Source of the DNA: an uncultured Verrucomicrobiae bacterium
GTDB taxonomy: Bacteria; Verrucomicrobiota; Verrucomicrobiia; Opitutales; JABDGR01
Assembly: GCA_963765205.1 (NCBI GenBank)
Contig: CAVXVB010000008.1
Span: 65,076 to 129,075, forward strand
Direction: 5' to 3'
DNA: 64,000 bases
The notes below the pieces were generated by a model. That model did not search any database. It saw only the letters and a list, made by a program, of their open reading frames with translations, and had not been told where the DNA came from. Positions 35,630 through 45,651 of this stretch are shown here, in pieces; the first letter of the stretch is position 1, and every line of letters begins with the position of its first letter. The position numbers were made by a program, and so were the translations under genes.

Positions 35630-35705
35630 GCCGGGATAGCTCAGCTGGTAGAGCGGCGCATTCGTAATGCGTAGGTCGTCGGTTCAAATCCGATTCCCGG
35701 CTCCA
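35630..35705 (+). tRNA. tRNA-Thr (anticodon CGT)
   Basis: 76 nt. Acceptor stem gccggga/tcccggc. D arm gctc-agctggta-gagc. Anticodon arm gcgca-ttCGTaa-tgcgt. T arm gtcgg-ttcaaat-ccgat. CCA is encoded. Confidence 0.9.
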
Positions 35706-35719
35706 TTTTTTTCAAGGAA

Positions 35720-35975
35720 GGGACAAAAGGACAGAGGCACTGAGGGTAAGAAAAAAACCCTCGCAACTTTCCCTGCTTCGAACCTGAACGCCTCAACGCT
35801 TTTGCCCATGTGGTCTCGGTCTTGCTTCCGCCGCCTTTGTCCCTCAGTCCCTCTGTCCCTGTCTCGCTTCCGCGCCTATGCCCTCAGTGCCTCAATGCCT
35901 CAGTGCCTTTGTCCCTGTTTCGCCTTCGCGCCTTTGTTCCTCTGTGCCTCTGTCCCTTTGCTCCTCTGCCCCACT
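35720..35975. repeat. cctcagtgc/ctctgtccc stutter-word tract with an inverted purine-strand arm
   Basis: ggacaaaaggacagaggcactgaggg at 35720-35745 opposes multiple ccctcagtgcctc / ctctgtccct words at 35834-35975. Confidence 0.6.
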
Positions 35976-36024
35976 GCTCCTTCTTGATTGCCCCTCCCGC
36001 CAATTTCTGCTCCACTCCCCGGCG

Positions 36025-36897
36025 ATGACGACCAACGCCCCGTTGCCCGCCACCACCGAGGCCTTGCGCCGCCTGCTCGACGACCCCACGCCGCAGGTGC
36101 GCGAAGCCTTGCTCGACGAACTCGGCCGCCAGGGCGACGCCGGCCTCGCCTTCCTCCGCGCCACGGCCGACGGCCCCGACGCCGCCCTCGCCGCCCACGC
36201 CCGCCGCTTTTTGCGCGACCTCGGCGGCGAGGACACCGTGCAGATGTTCCTGGACATGATCCGCTCGTTCACCTACGAGCTGGAGACCGGCCTGCTCATG
36301 ATCGAGCGCACCGTTTTCCCCGTCCTCAATGCCGCCGAGCCGCACGGCTTCCTCGACGCCGCGGCCGCGCGCTGCCGCCAGCTTTTGCTCACGCCCTCGA
36401 CGCCGCGCAAAAAATGCCTCGTCCTCAACCAGGTGCTCTTCCACGAATACGGCTTTCGCGGCGAGACCGAGCACTACCACGACCCGCGCAACAGCTTCCT
36501 CAGCCGCGTCATCCAGCGCCGTCGCGGCATCCCGCTCACGCTCTCGGCGGTCTATATTCTCGTCGCGCTGCGCTGCGGCATCGAACTCGAGCCGATCAGC
36601 CTCCCCGGCCGCTTTATGGTCGCCTGCTTCACCGGCCCCGAGCCGTTCTACATTGACGCCTACGAGCATGGCGCCTTCCGCAGCGCGGACGAATTGCGCG
36701 CCTATTTCCGCCAGATCGAGCAACCCTTCGAGCCGGCTGCGCTGATGCCCGCGCCCATCGGCGAAGTCCTCGCCCGCTGCTGCCGCAACCTCGTCAACCA
36801 ATACACCGCCGCGCGCGACCACGCCAAGTCCAAGCTCTTCGCCGAATTTGTCCATGAGTTCGACCTCGCCTACCGCCGTCATGCCGAACCCACTTGA
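36025..36897 (+). CDS. SirB1/YchA-like transglutaminase-like protein
   Basis: From the Met at 36025. Core LNQVLFHEYGFRGETEHYHDPRNSFLSRVIQRRRGIPLTLSAVYILVA...LPGRFMV. Confidence 0.7.
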   Translation: MTTNAPLPATTEALRRLLDDPTPQVREALLDELGRQGDAGLAFLRATADGPDAALAAHARRFLRDLGGEDTVQMFLDMIRSFTYELETGLLMIERTVFPVLNAAEPHGFLDAAAARCRQLLLTPSTPRKKCLVLNQVLFHEYGFRGETEHYHDPRNSFLSRVIQRRRGIPLTLSAVYILVALRCGIELEPISLPGRFMVACFTGPEPFYIDAYEHGAFRSADELRAYFRQIEQPFEPAALMPAPIGEVLARCCRNLVNQYTAARDHAKSKLFAEFVHEFDLAYRRHAEPT

Positions 36898-37924
36898 TGA
36901 CCGCCAGGTTTACACGTTGGCCGACCTCACCCAGTGGGAACAATTGCGCCCCGGCCTGCCCCCCTCCCTCGCCGTGCTCGGCCACCCGGTCGCCCACTCC
37001 GTCAGCCCGCAAATGCACAACGCTGCGCTCGCGGAATTAACAAAGCAGCATCCACAATTGAAGGACTGGAAATATTTCAAATTTGACATTAAAGAGGATG
37101 AATTAGAAGACGCATTCGGTTTACTTCAGGGAAATAAATTCGCAGGCGTTAATCTAACTGTGCCCCACAAAGAAACAGCCGCGATAATCTTGAGCAAAGA
37201 CAATATATCTACAAAAGGCGTTGGCATCGAGAAAACCTATTTTGATCCCAGCGCAATTGATGCCGCAAATACTGTGATTTTTACCCAAAATGGTATACGG
37301 AAGGTATTCAACACAGATGGTTATGGGATGGCTCAAGCTATAAAACAGAATCTTAAAATTGATTTACGGAAAAAAGTTGTTGTTATTTTTGGCATCGGCG
37401 GAGCGTCATCCAGTGTCGCGGATGAATGCTTAAATCGCGGATGCACGGTTTTATGGGTTGGGGGTCGTAATGAGCAAAAACGATTGAATTTTGTTGGGCG
37501 CGTGAATGCATACATCAACCGCGAAATTAAATCCGATCTTCCGACCAAGATTGAGATACATGACTTTTCCCTATCCGAGCCTCCCGTTAACAAGTGGCCT
37601 GAGGATGTAGTCGTGATCAACGCCACGACCCTGGGAATGAAACCTGACGATCCGCTGCCGCTCGACGTTAGTCTGTTAGGCAATAAAGCCTGCGTATTCG
37701 ATATGGTTTACAATCGTGGAGGGCCGACAAGATTCGTGGCTGAAGCCAAAGCACGCCGATTACAAGCTACAGATGGTCTTGGTATGCTCGTCTGGCAGGG
37801 TGCCAAATCGCTTACCATCTGGATTAAAGCCCACGAAGGTATAGTTATTAAGCCCGAAGACATCGCCCAAACCATGATGGACGCCGCGTGCGCCGCGCTT
37901 GGTTTGCCGCCCCGCCATGCCTGA
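36848..37924 (+). CDS. aroE: shikimate dehydrogenase
   Basis: GHPVAHSVSPQMHNAA, NLTVPHKE, NTDGYG, GIGGASSSV, ATDGLGMLVWQG. The start is uncertain (36848 or 36881). The central 0.8 kb is AT-rich. Confidence 0.85.
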   Translation: MSMSSTSPTAVMPNPLDDRQVYTLADLTQWEQLRPGLPPSLAVLGHPVAHSVSPQMHNAALAELTKQHPQLKDWKYFKFDIKEDELEDAFGLLQGNKFAGVNLTVPHKETAAIILSKDNISTKGVGIEKTYFDPSAIDAANTVIFTQNGIRKVFNTDGYGMAQAIKQNLKIDLRKKVVVIFGIGGASSSVADECLNRGCTVLWVGGRNEQKRLNFVGRVNAYINREIKSDLPTKIEIHDFSLSEPPVNKWPEDVVVINATTLGMKPDDPLPLDVSLLGNKACVFDMVYNRGGPTRFVAEAKARRLQATDGLGMLVWQGAKSLTIWIKAHEGIVIKPEDIAQTMMDAACAALGLPPRHA

Positions 37925-39521
37925 CCTCCTTCACTTCATCATGGACACGCACCCGTGGCTGCTGCGGGTGGTCGCGTTCTACATGGGCGCGTGTGTCGGG
38001 AGTTTTCTCAACGTCTGCATTCTGCGCATCCCGGCGGGCCAGTCCATCGTCACGCCCCGCTCGCATTGCGCATGCGGGCAATTAATCGCCTGGTATGACA
38101 ACATCCCCATTCTAAGCTGGTTCATCCTGCGCGGGCGGGCGCGCTGCTGCGGGCGGAAGTTCAGCATCCGCTACTCGCTGATCGAAGCGCTTACCGCCGG
38201 CGTGTATTTATGGCTCTGGATGAAGCTGCCGCCGGCCACGGCGGTCGCCGGCATGGTCTTTTTCTCCCTGCTGCTGCTCGGCGCGATGATTGACCTCGAT
38301 TGCCTCCAGTTGCCCGACGTGACGACCATCGGCGGCCTGCTCGCGGGGCTGGCCCTGTCGCTGCTGTGGCCGCAAATTCACGGCCTGCCGGGCGGGGCGT
38401 GGCACTGGGCGGTCGCGCAAAAAAGCGGCTTGGTCGCGCTGACGGGCGCCGTGGCCGGCGCGGGCTTCATTTACTGGATTGGCGAACTCGGCGGCTATTT
38501 TTTGCGCAAGCCCGCGATGGGTTACGGCGACATGCTGCTGATGGGCTGCATCGGCGCGTTTTGCGGCTGGCGCGGCGCGCTGGCTTCACTCTTCATCGGC
38601 ACCTTCGCGGGCTTGTTTGCCATCATCCTGTTCAGCGGGCTGGCGTCGCTGCGAAGCGGGAAAAAATCCGCGTCGCCGGAACCGTCGCCCGAAGATACAG
38701 ACGCCACCGAGTCCGCCGAGCCGGAAGTCAACCCGCTCGGCCGCCGCGTTTTCGCGGTCGGTTTTCTTTTTCTCTCCGTGCTGATTGCCGTGCTCCATGG
38801 GCTGGTTTGGATGGGGCATAACGGAGGCGCCTTGCTGATCTGGCCAGGCGCGATTTACCTCGGCGTCATTCTCGCACTCACCATTCTGAAACGCTCGCGC
38901 TTCATCTTGAGCGAACCGTGGCTGGTGCTCGCGGTTTTCGTGGGCGTGATTTTGTCGGCGATTTTTCCGCGCATGCAGGGCGTGGCGTCCACGGAAATTT
39001 GGTTTGTGAACGCCATTCGCGGCGGCGCGCTGGCCGCCATCTCTGCGGTCATCGGCGCGGGCCTGGCCTTGTGGGTGATGGAGTTCGCCAATTTAATTCG
39101 CCACTATTTTTTCCCCAACGCGCCTGCTGGCCCCGCGCTGGATGACTACCACCAGATTGCGGGCGAAGGCTACCTGTTGCTGTTCGGCAGCGTCGGCGCA
39201 TTTTGCGGCTGGCATACGGCGGTCGTGGCCGTGCTGACCTTCGCCGTCGTCGGCGCGATTCAAGCCGTCATAAATTTGTTGAGCCAGCGCGGCGCCAGCA
39301 CTGGCACAACTAATTCTGCCGAGAACAGCGCGCCATCCCCAGCGGATGAAACAGCCCCCGCCGACACCGTCGCCAGTCCCTCCACCTGGACCTTCGGCCA
39401 GGAAATCCCCTTTGGCCCCTCGCTCGCCCTGGGCGGATTTTTATACTACGCCTGGCCGTGGTTGCATTCGGGCGTGGACCGGTATGTGCTTCTGGTGCGC
39501 GATACCTTTTTTGGGAACTGA
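37899..39521 (+). CDS. pilD: prepilin peptidase (A24 family) with enlarged, partly duplicated membrane core
   Basis: Zn-finger CACG...CCGRK, Asp motifs IDLDCLQLPD and GYGDMLLMG, C-terminal IPFGPSLALG. 540 aa compared with the usual 250-290. The start is uncertain (37917 and 37941 are alternatives). Confidence 0.8.
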   Translation: MVCRPAMPDLLHFIMDTHPWLLRVVAFYMGACVGSFLNVCILRIPAGQSIVTPRSHCACGQLIAWYDNIPILSWFILRGRARCCGRKFSIRYSLIEALTAGVYLWLWMKLPPATAVAGMVFFSLLLLGAMIDLDCLQLPDVTTIGGLLAGLALSLLWPQIHGLPGGAWHWAVAQKSGLVALTGAVAGAGFIYWIGELGGYFLRKPAMGYGDMLLMGCIGAFCGWRGALASLFIGTFAGLFAIILFSGLASLRSGKKSASPEPSPEDTDATESAEPEVNPLGRRVFAVGFLFLSVLIAVLHGLVWMGHNGGALLIWPGAIYLGVILALTILKRSRFILSEPWLVLAVFVGVILSAIFPRMQGVASTEIWFVNAIRGGALAAISAVIGAGLALWVMEFANLIRHYFFPNAPAGPALDDYHQIAGEGYLLLFGSVGAFCGWHTAVVAVLTFAVVGAIQAVINLLSQRGASTGTTNSAENSAPSPADETAPADTVASPSTWTFGQEIPFGPSLALGGFLYYAWPWLHSGVDRYVLLVRDTFFGN

Positions 39522-39535
39522 ACCCTACCCCCACC

Positions 39536-39907
39536 ATGAACGCCAAAAACAAAATCACCTGGGCCACCGAACCCCAAGACCATGATTATCCCGCGGCCGC
39601 GTCCTACTTGAGCCTCCTTTATGCGCCCCCGCGCCCAAAAAAGCTGGCGAAAAAACTGCGGCGCGCCCCCATGACACAATTCCACGCCAAGGATATTTTC
39701 CGCGCCGCCCGGCTGCCTTTGCTCGGGCCGGACAATTATCACGTCAAGCAAGACCGCGCCAAAATTTCCGCCAGGCAAAAAATTTCGCCCATCCTCCTCG
39801 TACGCGACGAAGCCATCGGCCGGGTCATGATCGCGGACGGCTACCACCGCCTCTGCGCCGTCTATTCCTTCGACGAGGACGCCATCATCCCCTGCAAAAT
39901 TGTGTGA
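39536..39907 (+). CDS. small ParB-like nuclease domain protein (hypothetical)
   Basis: From the Met at 39536. ...PILLVRDEAIGRVMIADGYHRLCA... resembles the ParB/Srx DGxHR motif. Confidence 0.5.
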   Translation: MNAKNKITWATEPQDHDYPAAASYLSLLYAPPRPKKLAKKLRRAPMTQFHAKDIFRAARLPLLGPDNYHVKQDRAKISARQKISPILLVRDEAIGRVMIADGYHRLCAVYSFDEDAIIPCKIV

Positions 39908-39916
39908 GACCGGCCC

Positions 39917-41323
39917 CTACACCGCATGGATCGCCCGCTGGTCCACCGCCAGCGCCGCTTCCTTGATCGCTTCGGCCAGCGTCGGGTGCGCGGTGACCGT
40001 GCGCGCCACATCTTCGGCGCTGCCGCCATATTCGAGGTGCGGCGTGATCGCGGCGATCATCTCCGACGCGTTGTGCGCGATGATTTGCGCGCCGAGTAAG
40101 CGGTCGGTTTTCGGGTCGGCGATGATCTTCACGAAACCGTCCGTGGCCGCCGCGGACAGCGCGCGCCCATTCGCCGCCAGGTTGAACTTGCCGGTCTTCA
40201 CCGCGACGCCCTTGGCCTTCGCTTCCGTTTCGCCGAGGCCCACCGAGGCGATTTCCGGCTCGGTGTAAACGATGCTCGGAATCGTCGCGTAATTCACATG
40301 CCCCGCCTTGCCGGCCAGAATTTCCGCGCAGGCGATGCCTTCCTCCTCAGCCTTGTGCGCGAGCATCGGGCCGACAATGACATCGCCGATGGCGTAAACA
40401 TTCGGCAGGTTCGATTGGAAATGCGCGTCCACCACCACGCGGCCCTGTTCAAGTTTCAACCCCGCTTCCGCCGCGCCCAAGCCCGCCGTGTTCGGCTTGC
40501 GCCCGACGGCAACCAAAATTTTGTCCGCCGGAAATTCAAGCGTCTGCCCGTCGCGCTGCGCCGTCAGCGCGGCGCGGCCGTTTTCCGATTTCAAACCGGT
40601 TACTTTCGCGCCCAATTCGAATTTCATCCCCTGCTTATGGAAAATGCGCAACGCGAGCCGGGAAATGTCCTCGTCAAACGTCGGCGCGACGCGCGGCAGC
40701 AACTCGACGACCGTGACCTCCGCGCCCAAGCGCGCCCAGACCGACCCTAGCTCCAACCCGATCGCGCCCGCGCCAATGACGACGAGTTTCGCCGGCACGT
40801 CCGCAAACGCAATCGCGTGGTCGCTTGACACCACCAGTTGACCGTCGAATTTGAGGAACGGCAATTCGACCGGCGTCGAGCCGGTCGCAATTAAAATGTT
40901 TTTGGTTTCCAGTTTTTGCGTCGCGCCATCGGCGCGGAGCACTTCGACGCCCCGGCCGCCGGGGCCAAGTTTGCCGAGGCCTTGCACGATCGTGACGCCG
41001 CGCTTGTCGAGCAACTGCTTCACGCCGCCGGTCAGTTTGCTGACGACTTCCAGCTTGCGCTTCATCAGCGCCGGAATGTCCGGGGAAATTTTGCCGACCT
41101 TGATGCCGTGCATCGCGGCCTGCGTGGCCACCGTGTGGTAAAGCTCGGTCGAGTGCAGCAGCGCCTTGCTCGGGATGCAGCCGACGTTGAGGCAGGTGCC
41201 GCCGAGGAACGGATCCTTCTCGACCAGCGCGGTGCGCAGGCCGAGCTGAGCGGCGCGGATGGCGGCAACATAGCCGCCCGGCCCGGCGCCAATCACCACA
41301 AGATCGTAGCGAGATTCAGACAT
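39917..41323 (-). CDS. lpdA: dihydrolipoyl dehydrogenase (E3)
   Basis: From [18 protein letters not shown]. Redox disulfide [13 protein letters not shown]. Confidence 0.95.
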   Translation of the reverse strand: MSESRYDLVVIGAGPGGYVAAIRAAQLGLRTALVEKDPFLGGTCLNVGCIPSKALLHSTELYHTVATQAAMHGIKVGKISPDIPALMKRKLEVVSKLTGGVKQLLDKRGVTIVQGLGKLGPGGRGVEVLRADGATQKLETKNILIATGSTPVELPFLKFDGQLVVSSDHAIAFADVPAKLVVIGAGAIGLELGSVWARLGAEVTVVELLPRVAPTFDEDISRLALRIFHKQGMKFELGAKVTGLKSENGRAALTAQRDGQTLEFPADKILVAVGRKPNTAGLGAAEAGLKLEQGRVVVDAHFQSNLPNVYAIGDVIVGPMLAHKAEEEGIACAEILAGKAGHVNYATIPSIVYTEPEIASVGLGETEAKAKGVAVKTGKFNLAANGRALSAAATDGFVKIIADPKTDRLLGAQIIAHNASEMIAAITPHLEYGGSAEDVARTVTAHPTLAEAIKEAALAVDQRAIHAV

Positions 41324-41324
41324 A

Positions 41325-42584
41325 TCAAAGCGCAAACAACAGCCGCGCGGGCTCTTCGATGGCTTGCTTGAGGTGGACGAGGAAGGTGACGGCCTCTTTG
41401 CCATCCACCACGCGGTGGTCGTAGCTCAGCGCGAGATACATCATCGGCCGCGCGACGATCTGGCCGTCCACCACCATCGCGCGCTCCTTGATGTTGTGCA
41501 GGCCAAGGATGCCGCTTTGCGGCGGATTGAGGATCGGCGTCGAGAGCATCGAGCCGTAGATGCCGCCGTTGGAAATGGTGAAAACGCCGCCTTGCAGGTC
41601 TTCGATTTTGATTTTTCCCTCGCGCGCTTTTTTCGACAGGGCGCCGATGGCCTTTTCGACTTCGGCAAACGACAACCGGTCGCAATCGCGCACCACCGGC
41701 ACCATCAGCCCGCGGTCGGTGCCGACGGCCACCCCGATGTCGTAATAGTGGTTTTGCACCAGCTCGTCGCCTTCGATTTGGGCGTTCAGCGCCGGCACCG
41801 CTTGCAGCGCCTGCACCACCGCCTTCACAAAAAACGACATGAAGCCGAGCTTGACGCCGTGCCGCGCGGTAAAGTCCTCCTGGAATTTCTTGCGCAAATC
41901 CATGACCGCGCCCATGTCCACTTCGTTGAAGGTGGTGAGAATCGCCGCATTGTGCTGCGCGGAGACCAGCCGCTCGGCGATGCGTTTGCGCAGCGGGGAC
42001 ATTTTGCTGCGCGTCGTGCGCGCCTCCGTCGCGGGTGCGGCCGCGGGCGGCGGGGTGAAGACGACCGGCGGCGGCGGACTGGCCAGCGACGGCGCGCCCG
42101 GCACAGGAATCGCGGTGGCCACCGCGAGCAAATCGCCCTTCGTTACACGCCCGCCTTTGCCGGTGCCAGCAACCGTCGCGGGATCCACCTTCGTTTCCGC
42201 GGCCACCCGGCGCGCGGCGGGGGATAAAGTTTCGAGTTTTAAGTTTTGAGTTTCGAGTTTCGAACTGGCCGTTTCGGGTGGGGCCGGAGCAGCGGCAGAC
42301 GGTGCCACGGGCGTGGGCGCGGGCGTGGGCGCGGGCGCGCTGGCCGTGGCTGCGGTTTCGTCAATGACCGCGACAATCTCGCCAATGGCGACCTCGGCGC
42401 CGACTGCCGCCTTGAGCGCAATGCGCCCGCTGGACTCAGCCTGGCCCTCCGAGGTGATTTTGTCGGTTTCCAACTCGAATATCGGCTGGCCGCGCGTGAC
42501 GGTGTCGCCGTCCTTGACATGCCACTTGGCGAGGATGCCGCTGGCGATGGATTCGCCGAGCGCGGGGATTTTAACTTCGATCAT
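41325..42584 (-). CDS. sucB: dihydrolipoamide succinyltransferase (E2 of 2-oxoglutarate dehydrogenase)
   Basis: Lipoyl domain ([11 protein letters not shown]), Ala/Pro linkers, catalytic [10 protein letters not shown]. Confidence 0.9.
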   Translation of the reverse strand: MIEVKIPALGESIASGILAKWHVKDGDTVTRGQPIFELETDKITSEGQAESSGRIALKAAVGAEVAIGEIVAVIDETAATASAPAPTPAPTPVAPSAAAPAPPETASSKLETQNLKLETLSPAARRVAAETKVDPATVAGTGKGGRVTKGDLLAVATAIPVPGAPSLASPPPPVVFTPPPAAAPATEARTTRSKMSPLRKRIAERLVSAQHNAAILTTFNEVDMGAVMDLRKKFQEDFTARHGVKLGFMSFFVKAVVQALQAVPALNAQIEGDELVQNHYYDIGVAVGTDRGLMVPVVRDCDRLSFAEVEKAIGALSKKAREGKIKIEDLQGGVFTISNGGIYGSMLSTPILNPPQSGILGLHNIKERAMVVDGQIVARPMMYLALSYDHRVVDGKEAVTFLVHLKQAIEEPARLLFAL

Positions 42585-42595
42585 AGGGGTAAGGC

Positions 42596-45397
42596 TCAGG
42601 CGTTGAAGGCGTGCTCGACCAGCGCTTCCTGCTCGATTTTATGGAGACTGGACGATCCGCAGGCGGGGCTGGCGCTGGCCTTGCGGCCGGCGTAAACGGG
42701 CTTTATTCCACAGATTTGCTCAAGAATGGGGGCCATAAAGGTCCACCCGCCCATGTTGCGCGGCTCCTCCTGGCACCAGACGATCTTCTCGAACCCGGTG
42801 TAATTTTTCAGCAGGCGCTGGAGCAATTCCGTGTGGAGCGGGTAAAATTGCTCCACCCGCAGGATGGCCGTGTTGCGGATGTTGTTGTCGTTGCGGACGG
42901 CGTGCAGGTCGTAATAGACCTTGCCCGAGCAAAAGATCAGGCGCTTGGGGCTTTTCGGCTGCAACGGGTCGTCCAGGATTTCCTGGAAGCGCCCCTCGGT
43001 GAAGTCCGTCACTTTCGAGGCCGCCTGGAGCATCTTCGTCTTCTTGTCCTTGCTGCGCAGCAAACTTTTCGGCGACATGATGACCAGCGGCTTGCGGAAA
43101 TTGCGCTTCATCTGCCGGCGCAGCGCGTGGAACAATTGCGCGGGCGTCGTCAGGTTACACACCTGGATGTTGTTTTCCGCGCACGCCTGCAGGAACCGCT
43201 CGACCCGCCCGCTCGAGTGCTCCGGCCCCTGCCCTTCGTAGCCGTGCGGTAGCAGCAGCACGATGCCGCTGGTGCGCTGCCACTTCGACTCGGAACTCGT
43301 GATGAACTGGTCTATAATAACCTGCGCCCCGTTCGCGAAGTCGCCAAACTGCGCCTCCCACAGGCAGAGCATTTCGGGGAAATCCAGCGAATAGCCGTAA
43401 TCAAAACCGAGAATGGCATATTCGGACAGGCTGGAATTATGCACGCAGAAACGCGGCTGCCCCGGCGCCACGTTCGCCAGCGGCACATACGGCGTGCGGT
43501 TCGTCATGTCATAAAGCACCGAGTGGCGCTGGCTGAACGTACCGCGCTCGACATCCTGGCCCGACAGCCGCACCGGCGTGCCTTCCTGCAACAGCGTGCC
43601 AAAGGCCAGCGCTTCGCCAAACGACCAGTCGAGGCCCTCCCCTTTTTGGAAATTCGCCCACTTCTCATCCAGTTGGCGGCGGATGGTCGGGTTGAGGCTG
43701 AAATTCGCCGGTATGGTCGTCAGCGCGCGGGCTACTTTTTCCAGGTTTTCAGCCGTGACCGCCGTCGGGTCCGAATCAAAGGAATAATGCGGGCGGAAGG
43801 GCTTCCGCATGCTGGAGGGCCGCTGGCCTTCGCTCGCCACCTTTTGCTCCTCCTCGTTTTTGCGCACCCGGGTGAGAATTTCGTCCAGGCTGTGCTGGAA
43901 TTGCTGGGAAAATTGGGCGGCGTCCGCCTCCGTCAGGTCACCATCCGCGATCAGCTGCTTGGTGAGAGTTTGCGATATATGCGGATGCTGCCCAATCAGA
44001 CGGTAAAGCGTCGGCTGGGTGAACCCTGGTTCGTCGGCTTCATTGTGGCCGTACCGACGGTAGCACTGCATGTCTATCACCACGTCGTCGCCGAACGCCT
44101 GCCGGTAGTCCAGCGCCAGTTGCGTCACCATGACCATCGCCAGCGGGTCGTCGCCATTGACATGGAAAATCGGCACTTCGATCATCTTGGCAATGTCCGT
44201 GCAATACAGGCTCGAACGCGCGTCCTTCGGCTCCGTTGTAAAACCGATTTGGTTGTTGATCACGAAATGCAGCGTCCCCCCGGTGCGGTAGCCTTCGAGG
44301 CGCGAGAGATTGAACACCTCCGCCACCACCCCTTGCGCGATAAAGGCCGCGTCGCCATGGATCAGCACCGGCACGACTTTCTTGCGCTCCACCATGTCGT
44401 CGCGGCGCCGCAGGCTGGCGCGGGCCTTCCCTTGCACCACCGGGTCCACCGCTTCCAAGTGACTCGGATTGGCTGCCAGCCCAATACGAATGATTTTTCT
44501 GCCCGAGGTCGTGAAATCCGCCTCGTAGCCCAGATGGTATTTCACGTCGCCGTCGCCGTGGGTCGTGTCCGGCAGGTAATTTTCAGAAAACTCCCGAAAG
44601 AGGTATTCGTAGGATTTGCCGACAATGTTGACCAGCACATTGAGCCGGCCCCGGTGCGCCATGCCCATGACCAGCTCCTCGACGCCGGATTGCGGGCAAC
44701 GCTCGGCCAGCGCATCCAACGCGGCAATGATCGTTTCCCCACCCTCCAACGAAAAGCGCTTCTGCCCGACATAGCGCGTGTGCAAAAAACTCTCGAACAC
44801 TTCCGCCTCCGAAATTTTCCGCAGTGCGCGCAATTTTTCAGCTCGCGGCAGTGCCGGCTTCAGGTTCGTCGGCTCTATCCGCGCCTGCAGCCAGCGCCGT
44901 CGCTTCGTGTCCTGGATGTGCAGGTATTCAATCCCGACCCGCCCGCAATAGGTTTCATGCAGGCGGCTGAGCAATTCGCGCACGGTCATCACCCCCCCAT
45001 GCAGGTAATTGCCCGTGAAGCAAAAACGGTCGAGGTCGGCGGGCGTAAAGCCCAGGCGTTCCAATGACAACCGCGGATTTTGCGGCGCCTGGATTTGCAG
45101 GGGGTTCAGGTGCGCCTGGGTGTGGCCAATTCCACGGTAAGCGTAGATGGCGCCAGCCACGCACGCCTGCAGGACAGAGTCCGTCAGCGCCGTCGCCTCC
45201 GCCCCCCCCCCCCGGGGGGGCATCGTGGCCGTGGCCGTGGCGGAGGGTTCGGCTTCGGTGCGGGTTTGACCCAGCTCGAAGCCCTCAAAAAATGCACGCC
45301 AGTCCGGCTCCAAGCTTTCAGGTTGGCGCAGCCAGCTTTCGTAGTATTGGTCAATCAAATCGGCATTCCACCGATTCGCAAACGAGAGATTCTTCAT
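42596..45397 (-). CDS. sucA: 2-oxoglutarate dehydrogenase E1 component
   Basis: 933 aa. ThDP-dependent E1o pattern ([32 protein letters not shown]). Confidence 0.95.
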   Translation of the reverse strand: MKNLSFANRWNADLIDQYYESWLRQPESLEPDWRAFFEGFELGQTRTEAEPSATATATMPPRGGGAEATALTDSVLQACVAGAIYAYRGIGHTQAHLNPLQIQAPQNPRLSLERLGFTPADLDRFCFTGNYLHGGVMTVRELLSRLHETYCGRVGIEYLHIQDTKRRRWLQARIEPTNLKPALPRAEKLRALRKISEAEVFESFLHTRYVGQKRFSLEGGETIIAALDALAERCPQSGVEELVMGMAHRGRLNVLVNIVGKSYEYLFREFSENYLPDTTHGDGDVKYHLGYEADFTTSGRKIIRIGLAANPSHLEAVDPVVQGKARASLRRRDDMVERKKVVPVLIHGDAAFIAQGVVAEVFNLSRLEGYRTGGTLHFVINNQIGFTTEPKDARSSLYCTDIAKMIEVPIFHVNGDDPLAMVMVTQLALDYRQAFGDDVVIDMQCYRRYGHNEADEPGFTQPTLYRLIGQHPHISQTLTKQLIADGDLTEADAAQFSQQFQHSLDEILTRVRKNEEEQKVASEGQRPSSMRKPFRPHYSFDSDPTAVTAENLEKVARALTTIPANFSLNPTIRRQLDEKWANFQKGEGLDWSFGEALAFGTLLQEGTPVRLSGQDVERGTFSQRHSVLYDMTNRTPYVPLANVAPGQPRFCVHNSSLSEYAILGFDYGYSLDFPEMLCLWEAQFGDFANGAQVIIDQFITSSESKWQRTSGIVLLLPHGYEGQGPEHSSGRVERFLQACAENNIQVCNLTTPAQLFHALRRQMKRNFRKPLVIMSPKSLLRSKDKKTKMLQAASKVTDFTEGRFQEILDDPLQPKSPKRLIFCSGKVYYDLHAVRNDNNIRNTAILRVEQFYPLHTELLQRLLKNYTGFEKIVWCQEEPRNMGGWTFMAPILEQICGIKPVYAGRKASASPACGSSSLHKIEQEALVEHAFNA

Positions 45398-45651
45398 GGA
45401 AATAATTGAAGGGTAAAACAGGGGGTGGTAAATTTGGTTCCTGACTTTACGCAGTTAATTTAAAGAAGCAAGAAACAATAACCCTAAAATATAGAAACGA
45501 CAGACATACTTGTCTGTCTAGTCTACCTTGGCTTTAATTTATTGTTTTTAGTCTTTCGTAATAAATAACTTATAGAATATTTAATCCGCAAGCACTTGGT
45601 TTGGTCATTGTTTTGTTGCATTGTAATCAATTTGAAGCAAACTAAGCAGTA

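Larger units (their letters stand above)
32418..35668. mobile_element. small integrative island at tRNA-Thr (integrase + RHH-like mini-ORF + Mrr-like nuclease)
   Basis: 41-bp direct repeats at 32418-32458 and 35628-35668. Tyrosine integrase next to the intact tRNA. Arm-type direct repeats atcaggttacaggtNNgggttaca at 32612-32640 and 35549-35578. The interior is AT-rich. Confidence 0.75.

Noticed and set aside
35878-36024. N-terminal extensions of track ORFs that read through repeat words. Examples: MPSVPQCLSAFVP... before the SirB1-like gene, MSSRPLRLCGEPIT before thrC, and MVSNYHRESVSSHSAIRIQHSEISP before the NYN gene.
   Set aside because: The extensions translate the stutter-word repeats. 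Plausible internal Met starts with family-typical N-termini follow directly after them.
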